DNA of 64,000 nt from a bacterium (lineage in GTDB: Bacteria > Verrucomicrobiota > Kiritimatiellia > CAIKKV01 > CAIYGI01). The position numbers and the translations under genes were made by a program. Numbering within the stretch: position 1 is the stretch's first letter; each line of letters starts with the position of its first letter. The notes beneath the pieces are model-generated. The model had not been told where the DNA came from, did no database searches, and saw only the letters and a list, made by a program, of their open reading frames with translations. The DNA lies in contig JANYBP010000129.1 of the NCBI GenBank assembly GCA_025360745.1, positions 28,126 to 92,125 of the forward strand, in the 5' to 3' direction. Positions 46,119 to 54,995 of this stretch are shown here, one piece after another.

Positions 46119-49100
46119 GTTTCCGCGGCGGCGGTTACGGTTTCGTTGGTCGCCGCACCCGGCGCGGCGGCGGCGTCAACGGACCAGACGATCGGGCCAT
46201 CCTGGGTTTCCTCGTCGCGCGTCTTGATGCGCAGTCCCTCGTTCCCGGAAACCGTCCGGATGCGCGTGGTCCAGGTTTTTTCGCGGGCCGGCATGATGCC
46301 GTAGCCCAGGGAAATCTCGCGCAGCGATGTCACGCCGGTGTTTTCGTCCGTGCTCATCGCGATCACTTCCAGCGGCGAGACTTCCAGCTCCTTGCGCATG
46401 CGGTCCAGCCACTCGTTGTCGGGCATGTGGCTCATGGAGAGGATAAAGCCGTCGAGGCGGTTTTCGCGGGCCACCCGTATCAGCCATTCGGCGGGAATGT
46501 CGCTGTTCATGAAGAGCTGGATCACGGGCAGCAGGCGAAGCCGGTAGTACTGGGTGAACATGCGGACCAGCGCGGGATCGCCCACGATGCGGGTGGGCAG
46601 CGTGCCGTCCGAATTCTGAACAAACCAGACCGGCGCCAGCACCGACAGGTTCAGCGCGTCGTTTTTCACCGCGTCGATGGCGCCGTCGCCGGATATGGCG
46701 GCGGGCGTTCCGGTCATCAGCACCATGCGCACGGGCAAGGGTCCGGCCTCCATGCGCCGGATGATGACGTTGGCCATGCCGAGTTGCGGCGCGTAGGGGG
46801 CCGCGCCCCACCAGCCCTGGCCGAGATCGGCGGGGATTTTCAGCGGCGTGACAAACGCGGCTTTGCCGTTGATGTAACCGATCGCGCCGTCGCCGCGCAA
46901 TTCCAGGCGCAGGCGCACCGCGCCCGGGGGCCGCAGCCAGGGCTTGCTGTCATACTGCACGGCGCTGCCGTTGCGCCAGACCTGCAGGTGCAGATAACCG
47001 GACTGGTCGAATCCGAAACGCACCATCGAACTTGGTCCGCGCCGGGCATAGAGCCAGAAATGCCCGCGGGCTTCGTCGAGCGTAACCTCGATGAAGCCGT
47101 TGCGCATCGCGTCCGAGCCCTGTAGACGCAGGAAGGCCTCCTGCTGCGCGCGGGTCGTGCGCAGGCGATAGCGGCCTTCGCGGCTGGGCAGGTTATCGCC
47201 GGAGGAAATCCAGTTGGTCGAAATCCGTCCGTCGGCGAAGTCCTCGACGATGATGTCGCGGCGCGGCAGCAGGCGCTGGTAGATCTGGCGCACCTGGAGA
47301 TCGGGCGAAGTTTCGGCCGTCTTGCCGATGAATGGCATCAACACGCTGGCCTCGGGAAAGGACAGCAGCTCCTGATTTAAAATAACTTCGCCGAAAGCGT
47401 ACTGCATCACCGGTTCGGAGCCGATGGCCAGCAACTGCCGCATGTTGTCGTAGCGCGCGACGGGGGCATCGAGCAGGTTCTGGAGCATGACGCGGGCCTT
47501 GAGATTTTCGGGGTCGGACTTGAGCACGCGCTCCGCCAGCGCGCGCGCCTCCGGGCGCTGCCCGCGCAGGTTCATCCAGTCGGCCTGCGCCAGCGCCAGC
47601 TCGCTGTTGTCCGGAAAGACGCGCGCGTAGAGATTCAACGATTCCTGAGCTTCGTCCTTGCGTCCCATGGATTCCAGCAGTTGGGCGCGGCGCACGGCCA
47701 GGCCGATCTGGCCCGGGTTGACCGCCAGGCTTTCCGTGTAATAGCGCAGCGCCTTCTCGGATTCGTCGTTGCGGCGGCAGACATCGCCCATCAGCATCAG
47801 CGCCTCGTCGCTGTTGGGGTCGAGCTGGTGCCATTGGCTCCAGAGTTCGAGGGCCTTGGCATAGTCGCCGCCGGCGAAGGCCGCGTGACCATCCTGGCGT
47901 AGAAGTTCGGTCTGAAGTTCGAAGGAAGGCTTGGCGTTGGTCATGGCCGTGCCGGTGATCTGATAGTAGAGCGACAGACTGAGATCGCCGGGCGGCGCCG
48001 GAACGTTCTCGACCGTGACCATGCGGTTGGATTCGTTGCCCTGCGTCGGCGTCGGCAGCGCCGTCCCGCCGACCACGGCATGGGCGGCGGGGATGACCGC
48101 CATGACCGAGGACAGCGTCGCGGGCTGTTCCATCGCCGCTGGGAAGCGCACGAAGAGCGACAGCCCTTTGGCGGCAAACGCCGCGGTGACGGTCTTGAGC
48201 CAGGGAATCGCGCGGGTGCTGGCGGCGGGGTCGAGTTCCGCCAGATTGACGTACATGCCCGAGGCCCGGAGTTCCTGGACCTGGTCGGCGACCTTGTCGG
48301 GCTGCAGCAGGTCGAGTCCGCGTTCGTCATGCACGTACACGCGCGGAGTCACCTGCATATCGTAAACCTGGGCCAGGCGGTGCACGACCTCGCCGTCCCA
48401 GGCCAGCACGGGAACGACACCGTGCGAGGTCACATCCATCCAGGGCGGGCCCAGTTGGGTGACGCGGTAGGCGTTCAGGTTGATCCACTTGGCCAGCCAG
48501 GGTTCCCCGTTAAGCGACGAGTTCCACTCCGCCAGATTGTCGATCCGGTTGCGCAGATGGAAATCCATCACCCGCGCCCGCGCCATGCCCGGCCGGGGAT
48601 CCCACAAATTCAGCCCCAGCATGCCCGGCTTGGGCGGGCCGCGCAACTCGGCGCCCTCCGTGAAAATACTGACGCCGTTGAGCCGCACAAAACACTGGCG
48701 GCCGCGCAGGAACACGTCGAGCGTGTTGGCTTCGTTGGGGCGCACGGACGCGCGGGCCGATGCCAGCGTAAACGGTTCCAGACCGGGAAACTTCTGACGC
48801 AGCCAGGCGTTGCCGGCTTCCAGGCCGATATACAGATAGGATTCCTCGTCGGGCGTGGCGCGCAGAAAGACGCCGAACTGGCCCTCGATCGGCATGAAGC
48901 GCAGGCGCGTCTGGAAATCCCGGCACAGATTGCTGCCGGCCAGCCACATCTTGGCGCCGGTGGTCGCGGGCGTGGAGCGCAACAGAATGCCGTTGGTGCC
49001 GAAGGCGCTGCGCCCCCAGTCGGTGATCCAGGCGGTTTCGTTGCCCAGCACGGCGACGTTCTCGAAACCGGTGACGATCGGCCAGGTGTGTTCGAGCTTG

Positions 49101-50077
49101 GCGACCAGTTCGGCGCCGCTCCAGCCGGGCTGGACCAGCAGACGGTTCAAGCGGCGGGGGTCGCCGAAACGGGTGTTCAGCGCCATGTTGCCGGAGACGA
49201 AGCCGAGCGCGTAACGTTGTCCCACCAGATCGAGGTTGAGCCTGCGCGTCAGCACGGCGCGGCTGTCGTACTGGCCGAAATCGCCGTAGGGGAAGGCGTA
49301 GGCGATCGGCTTGCGCCCGATTTCCCTGACGATCAGATCGAAGTTCACCTTCAGATCGGCGCTCAGCCGCCTTTCGTACTCCGCCGCCGTCTCGTAGCGC
49401 TGCCCTTCGGCGATCCACATGGGGGTGGTCATGAAGTTGCCCTTGTGGCCCTTGGCATCCGACGGCACCTGCACGAAACCGTTGTCGCTTTCGGCGCCTA
49501 TCTCCCAGTTGGCGGAGTAGGCCATGTCCTTGACATAGGGCCAGCGCAGGCTGGAAGGCTCCTCATCCGAGATAGGCTTGGTCCAAAGGAACATCACCGC
49601 TTTCCAGCGGCGGCGGCGCAGGATGTCGCGGGTTTCGAAATACGAACTCTTGCGGGCCTGCTCGAAGGTCACCAGCACCGCGCGGCGCGGCAGCGGCTTG
49701 CCCTGATAAAGCAGCCCCTGCACGTCGGCCAGCCCGATCGGCGCATAGCCGCGGTCGTGCAGCGCCTTGAGATGTTCGTCGAACTGCGCGGGGCTGACCT
49801 CGTTGGTGCGGTCGGAGATGCCGGTATAGGTCAGGGCCACGAAGGACTCGGCGTCGCGCTGGACTTGCGAAACGACCGGCGTGTACCGGTAACGCTGGTA
49901 CAAAACCCTGATCGGAAACCACCAGGCCACGACAATGCTGACGATCAGCAGGAAATAGAGCCAGGCCTGCACGTACTGGTCCTTCAGCGCCTGGATCGGG
50001 CGGCTCATCCAGTGGTCTTTTTTCCCCGGACGGACCGGCGGTCGTGGTGTGGGCGGTACGGCGGTGAATATGTTCAT
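46109..50077 (-). CDS. Large membrane-anchored multidomain protein: deacetylase-like (degenerate NodB motif) + LamG/DUF1080-like x2 + TPR
   Basis: I chose the start MNIFTAV at 50077 (ATGA overlap with the synthase stop). TM helix AWLYFLLIVSIVVAWWF. CE4-like region with VLVTFEQARKS where TFDD is expected, and AYAFPYGDFGQ. Concanavalin-like segments (FGVFLRATPDEESYLYIGLE...; GHFWLYARRGPSSMVRFGF...). TPRs (GDYAKALELWSQWHQLDPNSDEAL...). Confidence 0.7.
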   Translation of the reverse strand: MNIFTAVPPTPRPPVRPGKKDHWMSRPIQALKDQYVQAWLYFLLIVSIVVAWWFPIRVLYQRYRYTPVVSQVQRDAESFVALTYTGISDRTNEVSPAQFDEHLKALHDRGYAPIGLADVQGLLYQGKPLPRRAVLVTFEQARKSSYFETRDILRRRRWKAVMFLWTKPISDEEPSSLRWPYVKDMAYSANWEIGAESDNGFVQVPSDAKGHKGNFMTTPMWIAEGQRYETAAEYERRLSADLKVNFDLIVREIGRKPIAYAFPYGDFGQYDSRAVLTRRLNLDLVGQRYALGFVSGNMALNTRFGDPRRLNRLLVQPGWSGAELVAKLEHTWPIVTGFENVAVLGNETAWITDWGRSAFGTNGILLRSTPATTGAKMWLAGSNLCRDFQTRLRFMPIEGQFGVFLRATPDEESYLYIGLEAGNAWLRQKFPGLEPFTLASARASVRPNEANTLDVFLRGRQCFVRLNGVSIFTEGAELRGPPKPGMLGLNLWDPRPGMARARVMDFHLRNRIDNLAEWNSSLNGEPWLAKWINLNAYRVTQLGPPWMDVTSHGVVPVLAWDGEVVHRLAQVYDMQVTPRVYVHDERGLDLLQPDKVADQVQELRASGMYVNLAELDPAASTRAIPWLKTVTAAFAAKGLSLFVRFPAAMEQPATLSSVMAVIPAAHAVVGGTALPTPTQGNESNRMVTVENVPAPPGDLSLSLYYQITGTAMTNAKPSFELQTELLRQDGHAAFAGGDYAKALELWSQWHQLDPNSDEALMLMGDVCRRNDESEKALRYYTESLAVNPGQIGLAVRRAQLLESMGRKDEAQESLNLYARVFPDNSELALAQADWMNLRGQRPEARALAERVLKSDPENLKARVMLQNLLDAPVARYDNMRQLLAIGSEPVMQYAFGEVILNQELLSFPEASVLMPFIGKTAETSPDLQVRQIYQRLLPRRDIIVEDFADGRISTNWISSGDNLPSREGRYRLRTTRAQQEAFLRLQGSDAMRNGFIEVTLDEARGHFWLYARRGPSSMVRFGFDQSGYLHLQVWRNGSAVQYDSKPWLRPPGAVRLRLELRGDGAIGYINGKAAFVTPLKIPADLGQGWWGAAPYAPQLGMANVIIRRMEAGPLPVRMVLMTGTPAAISGDGAIDAVKNDALNLSVLAPVWFVQNSDGTLPTRIVGDPALVRMFTQYYRLRLLPVIQLFMNSDIPAEWLIRVARENRLDGFILSMSHMPDNEWLDRMRKELEVSPLEVIAMSTDENTGVTSLREISLGYGIMPAREKTWTTRIRTVSGNEGLRIKTRDEETQDGPIVWSVDAAAAPGAATNETVTAAAETQK

Positions 50078-51606
50078 CGGGTGCCCCATTTCGTGCGACG
50101 CATTGTCAGCAGGGCGTAATAAGCCTGCCAACTGAAAAACAGCGTGTAAGTAATGGTGAAAATGAAGCCGGTCCACCAATGCTTGCGGCCGGTGTGCTGA
50201 AGAAAATGCAGCGACCACACCAGCGTGATCGCCATCACGCCGATGACGTAGGACGGCGTCATGGCCCCGGATTGGATCGGGGCGACGATCATGGCCGACA
50301 CGATCACCACCGGTTCGACGATCGGCATGACCATCATCGCATACCATGAAAGCGCCGGCACCGGATGCTTGCGCCACATGAATTTTCCGGCCACGAAAAC
50401 CTCGCGCACATAGGAGCGGTTCCAGCGCGCCTGCTGGCGGATGTACTGTTTCCAGTTTTCAGGGGCCAGCGTGGTGGCCAGGGCTTCGTCGTCGTAAAGG
50501 ATGCGGTAGTCCTTGAAAATGAAATTGGTCATGCTGCGGTCGTCGCCGAAGTCGCCATAGACGCCCATGAACTTGGTGTTCAGCCAGCGGTCCAGCACAT
50601 GCATCACGCAGGTGCGGCGGTAGGCCGAGAAGCAGCCCGGCAGGCAGCTTACGGCGCCGAAAACGCTCTCGGCGGCCTTCATGATCTTGTAGGAGAAGAA
50701 ATAGCGGACGTCCTGCATCTTGGTGAGCAGATTCTTGGTGGCGTTCTCGACATCGGTATGACCCGCGATGCCGCCCACCATGGGGTCCACAAACCCCTGC
50801 ACCACCTTGCGCACGGCGCCCGGAAACAGGAAGGTGTCCGAGTCCACAAAGACCAGGAACTCTCCGCGCGCCATCAGCGTGGCCACCGCCATGCCGTGGC
50901 AGAGCCCGCGATTGGTCTCGAAGTCCACGATCACCAGCGTCGGATGGCGCGCCTGCGCCTTGAGCATCTCGGCCAGCGTCTGGTCGGTGGAACCGTCGTT
51001 CACAACCACGACCTCCTTCTTGCGCAGCGGATAGCCCTCCGAATAGATGTGGTCGATCGTGCGTCCGATGGCGTCCTGCTCGTTGCGGCAGGGCACGATC
51101 ACCGTGACCGTCGGTTCGAAGCCGGTGTCCGCGGGAGCGTGGTAGAAGGCCGCCAGCAAAAAGCGCGAGACAATGAAGATGCCGGCGATCAAACTGTAAA
51201 GATTGACCAGCGGGGCATACCAGTAGCTCTCGAAATTACTGACCTGGAAATAGACGGCCGTCGCCAGCAGTCCCGTGCCCAGCAGAAAAAGCGCGATCAT
51301 CATGCCGTGCCGTGGGCGGGCGTAAAGCCGCCGCAGCTTGGCCGCCACGTCGTCGCCCGCCACCTCCTGCGCCACCGCGGTGGCGGGGGGCAGAACATAG
51401 GACGTGACCGTCATCTTGGCCTGACAATAGGGGCAGACGCTGGGTTTCGGCGAGTCGGCCACATGCATGGCGATGCGGCAGGCCGAGCACCGGCAGCGGT
51501 TGCCGTGGATCTCGGCCGGCGCGGGCAAGGCATCCGCTCCGCCGCCGGCGGACAAGGCTTCAGGGTTCGTCGATGCGCTCTTCGGCTCCGCCATGATGTT
51601 GTCCAT
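50074..51606 (-). CDS. Processive family 2 glycosyltransferase (HasA/NodC/chitin-synthase-like polysaccharide synthase) with N-terminal zinc ribbon
   Basis: CRCSAC...CPYC ribbon. TM helices flank a GT-A core: VIVPCRNEQ, VVVVNDGSTD, FVDSDT, GDDRSMTN and QQARWNRS (the QxxRW processivity motif). Confidence 0.85.
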   Translation of the reverse strand: MDNIMAEPKSASTNPEALSAGGGADALPAPAEIHGNRCRCSACRIAMHVADSPKPSVCPYCQAKMTVTSYVLPPATAVAQEVAGDDVAAKLRRLYARPRHGMMIALFLLGTGLLATAVYFQVSNFESYWYAPLVNLYSLIAGIFIVSRFLLAAFYHAPADTGFEPTVTVIVPCRNEQDAIGRTIDHIYSEGYPLRKKEVVVVNDGSTDQTLAEMLKAQARHPTLVIVDFETNRGLCHGMAVATLMARGEFLVFVDSDTFLFPGAVRKVVQGFVDPMVGGIAGHTDVENATKNLLTKMQDVRYFFSYKIMKAAESVFGAVSCLPGCFSAYRRTCVMHVLDRWLNTKFMGVYGDFGDDRSMTNFIFKDYRILYDDEALATTLAPENWKQYIRQQARWNRSYVREVFVAGKFMWRKHPVPALSWYAMMVMPIVEPVVIVSAMIVAPIQSGAMTPSYVIGVMAITLVWSLHFLQHTGRKHWWTGFIFTITYTLFFSWQAYYALLTMRRTKWGTR

Positions 51607-51626
51607 TTGGTGCTGTTAAGTGACGC

Positions 51627-51655
51627 TTGACACTCAACTCCGCCGCATCTAGCAT
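51627..51655 (+). promoter_or_regulatory. Candidate sigma70-like promoter in the synthase/response-regulator divergent region
   Basis: TTGACA (51627-51632), a 17-nt spacer, then TAGCAT (51650-51655). A second TTGACA lies at 51686-51691. These are motif matches only. Confidence 0.3.
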
Positions 51656-51731
51656 CGGGGGCAGTATAGACCCGCGCATTGCGCGTTGACAACTGCCAAT
51701 GTGACTGGTATTTCATACGAATCGAAAGTTT

Positions 51732-52112
51732 GTGAAAGGCGAACTTATGCCGCGAAATATTCTGGTTATCGATGATGACGAAGGCGTCAGGAAATATTTC
51801 AAGCGCCTGCTGGAAGGCATGGGATACACCGTCGAACTGGCCGAAAACGGCGACACCGGCCGCGTCATGGCGGCGAATGCCGCGGTTGACCTTGTAATCA
51901 CGGACCTGATGATCCCCGGCAATCCGAGCGGCATGGATCTTGTCAAGGCGTTGCGCGCCCAGCGCCCGGATTGCCCGATCGTGGTCGTTTCCGGACATCC
52001 CACCGGCGACCGTCTCAAACTGGCGGATGAGCTCGGCGTGGAGTTTTTGACCAAGCCGTTCGAGCTTTCGTTCATTCGCAAGGTTCTGGAGCGGCTGTTC
52101 AACAAGGAATAA
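51732..52112 (+). CDS. Single-domain response regulator (CheY-like receiver)
   Basis: ILVIDDDEGVRKYF...DLVITDLMIPG...PIVVVSGH...FLTKPF carries the DD, phospho-acceptor D, T/S and K positions. The start may be the ATG at 51747. Confidence 0.85.
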   Translation: MKGELMPRNILVIDDDEGVRKYFKRLLEGMGYTVELAENGDTGRVMAANAAVDLVITDLMIPGNPSGMDLVKALRAQRPDCPIVVVSGHPTGDRLKLADELGVEFLTKPFELSFIRKVLERLFNKE

Positions 52113-52136
52113 CGATCCGGCGCGCGGCGATCTGTC

Positions 52137-53030
52137 ATGATAGATAAAACACGAACCGGGGTGGCGTTTTTCGACAGCCGGTACGGCGGTGTCTACCGCG
52201 GTCGGCCCTTTTTGGTCAGCGGCCGTTCCGGCGCCGGCAAAACCGTGCTGGGCCTGCAGTTCGCGCTTCAGGGCATCCAGCAGGACGAGAGAACGTTGAT
52301 GCTCTCCGTCTGGCGCGCCAAGGATCTCATGATCATGTCCGATTCGCTGGGCCTGCCGATGGGCGCCGCCGTATCGAACGGCATGCTGGCATTGCTCGAA
52401 TACAGCGATTTTGTGCCCGGCCGCGACCGGGAGGCGCAGTGGATGCTGCCGCCGGACGGATTTTTGCAACTCCAGAATTTCATCGACCAGCACGCGATCC
52501 GGCGCGTGGTGCTGGACACCGTCCTACCCTGGATCGCCTTGCGCACCAATCCCGAGAAACTGTCGGAACATCTCTTTTCGTTCGTGAGGGCCTTCGAGCG
52601 CATGGGAGTGACCGCGCTTTTCACCATGCCGCGCCCGGTCTCGCCGGCGGCCTTCCGCTTGAAGAACAAACTGGAAGAGTTAATGCCGGTCGCCATCACG
52701 CTGCAACGACCGGAGGAAACGACCGGCAATTGGACGTGCATCGTGACCAAGTATCTCGGCGAAGCGTGCGTGGATGAAGGCATCCCCTATCAAATCGTGC
52801 GCGGCGTCGGCATGACGGAACGCAGCGGGACGCCCCCAGCGCCGATCGCCGCCGCTCCGCAACACGCCGTGGCCACACCGTCGGCGCCATTGCCGAAACC
52901 GTTGCCGACGCCCGCGGCGCCAGTCCCCGTGCCGGCCGCGGCGGGCGCGGCGCGGCGGATCCTCTTTTCCTCGGTCATCAACGGGATGGAAAACAACACG
53001 CCCGCGGGCAACGAGCGCGGCGGGCGCTGA
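52137..53030 (+). CDS. KaiC/RecA-superfamily ATPase-domain protein with Pro/Ala-rich tail
   Basis: FFDSRYGGVYRGRPFLVSGRSGAGKTVLGLQFALQG (Walker A) and RRVVLDTV (Walker B-like). Single KaiC-like domain. Confidence 0.65.
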   Translation: MIDKTRTGVAFFDSRYGGVYRGRPFLVSGRSGAGKTVLGLQFALQGIQQDERTLMLSVWRAKDLMIMSDSLGLPMGAAVSNGMLALLEYSDFVPGRDREAQWMLPPDGFLQLQNFIDQHAIRRVVLDTVLPWIALRTNPEKLSEHLFSFVRAFERMGVTALFTMPRPVSPAAFRLKNKLEELMPVAITLQRPEETTGNWTCIVTKYLGEACVDEGIPYQIVRGVGMTERSGTPPAPIAAAPQHAVATPSAPLPKPLPTPAAPVPVPAAAGAARRILFSSVINGMENNTPAGNERGGR

Positions 53031-53057
53031 AGTTTCCTCTCAACGTCAAGGAAAAGC

Positions 53058-53921
53058 ATGTACGTTTCTTACTGGAATCTGCGCGAGGAGCCCTTCCGCA
53101 ACGTGGCGGACATGCGTTTTGCCTACCTTTCCGAACAGCACCGCGAGGGGCTGGCGCGGTTGCTTTTTATCGTGCGCGGCGCCCGGCTGGGCGGCGTGCT
53201 GGTGGGTCCTTACGGCGTCGGCAAATCCATGGTGCTGGAAATGCTCTCGCAGCAGTTGCAAAAGGAGCACAACATCGCCTTCATGCGCTGCGAGGCCATG
53301 CCGGGCGGCGCGCTGGTGCTCTCGCGCCAGGTCTTGACGCACATCGGCGAACCCGCCAAACCCACCACGCTGGCCGACGCCGTGCTGGCGCTTCAGGAAT
53401 ATGTCCAGAGCCACCGGCGCACCTTCAAGCCGACCGTGATCACGATCGACGAGGCGCATTTGCTGCGCCAGCAGGACGCCTTCGACCTGATTCATCTGTT
53501 GACCAACCTGCGCGTGCAGGCCGATGGCGGCGTCGAACGCTCCGCTTTCACCATCATTCTCGCCGGCCATTCGCAGCTCGCCACCGAATTGCAGCAGCAA
53601 CCCGCGCTGGGGCAGCGCCTGCAACTGGTCTGGCGCCTGGCGCCGCTCTCCGACGCGCAAACCATGGAGTACATCCAGCATCGCATGCGCGTGGCCGGGG
53701 GCGATATCTGGACCTTCGAGGAGGCGGCGCTGCGGGAGGTTCACCGGATCAGCGCCGGTCTGCCGCGCGTCATCAACAATATTTGCGACATGGCGCTGAT
53801 GCTGGGATTCGCCGCCCGCATTCCCAAGGTCACCCGCGACCTGATCGAGCATGCGGCTCACGACATGGGCAGCCTTCCCGAACCCGACAACGCGCCGAAG
53901 GCCGCGGAGGAAAAGCCATAA
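53058..53921 (+). CDS. ExeA/GspA-like AAA ATPase
   Basis: YWNLREEPFRNVADMRFAYLSEQHREGLARL..., Walker A GPYGVGKS, Walker B ITIDEAHLL, and the C-terminal GLPRVINNICDMAL typical of the ExeA family. Confidence 0.8.
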   Translation: MYVSYWNLREEPFRNVADMRFAYLSEQHREGLARLLFIVRGARLGGVLVGPYGVGKSMVLEMLSQQLQKEHNIAFMRCEAMPGGALVLSRQVLTHIGEPAKPTTLADAVLALQEYVQSHRRTFKPTVITIDEAHLLRQQDAFDLIHLLTNLRVQADGGVERSAFTIILAGHSQLATELQQQPALGQRLQLVWRLAPLSDAQTMEYIQHRMRVAGGDIWTFEEAALREVHRISAGLPRVINNICDMALMLGFAARIPKVTRDLIEHAAHDMGSLPEPDNAPKAAEEKP

Positions 53922-54304
53922 TGGAAGACAATGCGCCCCTCACCATCACCGGGTTGATCGCCACCATTCTGAGCGTGATCTTCGCGGTCGCGGCCCTGCT
54001 CAATTCGCGCCACCGCCGCCTGGCCGCCCGCAACGCCGCGCGGGCGAAAAAGGACGAGGCCGAAGAGGTCGATGACCGTCCCTACAAAATCGCCGACCCC
54101 TTCACCGCGGCCCCCTTCACGCCGGCCACGCTCGCCGCCGAAGCCCCCGCTCCGGTCGTCGCTCCGCCCGCCGCCCCCAGCGCCCCCGCCACGCCGCCCG
54201 CCGCCGCGCGGCCCGCCATTACAGCCTTCCGTCAGCTCGACGCGCACGGCATAGAAGTGGCCCCCTCCTCCGCCCCCTCGGACGACACCTACGTCTGGGA
54301 GTAA
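53921..54304 (+). CDS. Small bitopic membrane protein with Pro/Ala-rich tail (GspB-like position)
   Basis: The ATG overlaps the ExeA-like stop (TAATG at 53919-53923). One TM helix (LTITGLIATILSVIFAVAALL), then a low-complexity Pro/Ala region. Confidence 0.5.
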   Translation: MEDNAPLTITGLIATILSVIFAVAALLNSRHRRLAARNAARAKKDEAEEVDDRPYKIADPFTAAPFTPATLAAEAPAPVVAPPAAPSAPATPPAAARPAITAFRQLDAHGIEVAPSSAPSDDTYVWE

Positions 54305-54336
54305 TACTTTCCGCAGACCAGGGACCGGCGCCCTGA

Positions 54337-54526
54337 ATCACGCCAGGCGGCCATCCGGACGCCGGGGATCGTAGCGCGATCATCTACACACTGCTGGAGA
54401 ACTGTAACCGGTTCGCCGCCCACCGCAATACCGCCGCCGCCTGACCCGCCCAGACTCGCCGCCACCCCTTCACGCCGTACATCAACGCCGCTTGATCGTC
54501 AATGGGGCGCCGTACCGGACGCTTAC
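54337..54526 (+). mobile_element. IS66-family right-end scar (3' transposase fragment plus terminal inverted repeat)
   Basis: A short frame reads GGHPDAGDRSAIIYTLLENCNRF, resembling the conserved C-terminal (g.eraAiiYsLieTck.ng) block of IS66 transposases. The segment ends in ...ggggcgccgtaccggacgcttac, whose complement begins GTAAGCG as IS66-family IRs do. GC content drops sharply right after 54526. Confidence 0.4.
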
Positions 54527-54541
54527 CTTTATAATTCCACA

Positions 54542-54967
54542 TTACTTAATAAACCCCATAAGACCACCGCCGAATTTACGGCACAAGATTTCCGCGAAAG
54601 CGTAGAATAAAACAATACCGGAAACCAGCAATACGATTTTCGAAGTTCTCCTAATTCTAGACATCCAAGCAAATAACCCGAAAAAAACGACCGCATGAAT
54701 GAACAACACGGTTTCATTGTAATTGGCCGCCAGGACAACCATGATTCCAATTGGATCATGACTCAATTTAGAAAGAAGAAACAAAGGGCTCGTGATGTTG
54801 TCATAATCCTTGCCACGGAGAAGTTCTATGTGAGATCGAGCGGCAGGAATAATTTCGCAAAACAAGACACATAGGTAATGGTTTATTGCTAGCAACAGCA
54901 GTAGAGACAGAACCAGAACCCCTACTTTTCTCGATCGTTCCCCTAATGTGGTTTGTGTTGGTTCCAT
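54542..54967 (-). CDS. Multi-pass membrane protein, probable cognate immunity protein of the RHS toxin
   Basis: 141 aa with about 4 hydrophobic helices, in low-GC DNA. It starts 28 nt downstream of the RHS stop on the same strand. Confidence 0.5.
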   Translation of the reverse strand: MEPTQTTLGERSRKVGVLVLSLLLLLAINHYLCVLFCEIIPAARSHIELLRGKDYDNITSPLFLLSKLSHDPIGIMVVLAANYNETVLFIHAVVFFGLFAWMSRIRRTSKIVLLVSGIVLFYAFAEILCRKFGGGLMGFIK

Positions 54968-54995
54968 AACATCTCCTCGTAGTCTTGTTCCAGGA

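Noticed and set aside
48080-50119. A 679-aa + strand ORF, and 50365..51630 +, opposite the large membrane protein and the GT2 synthase.
   Set aside because: They are antisense shadows. The minus-strand products carry QxxRW, DxD and TM helices.
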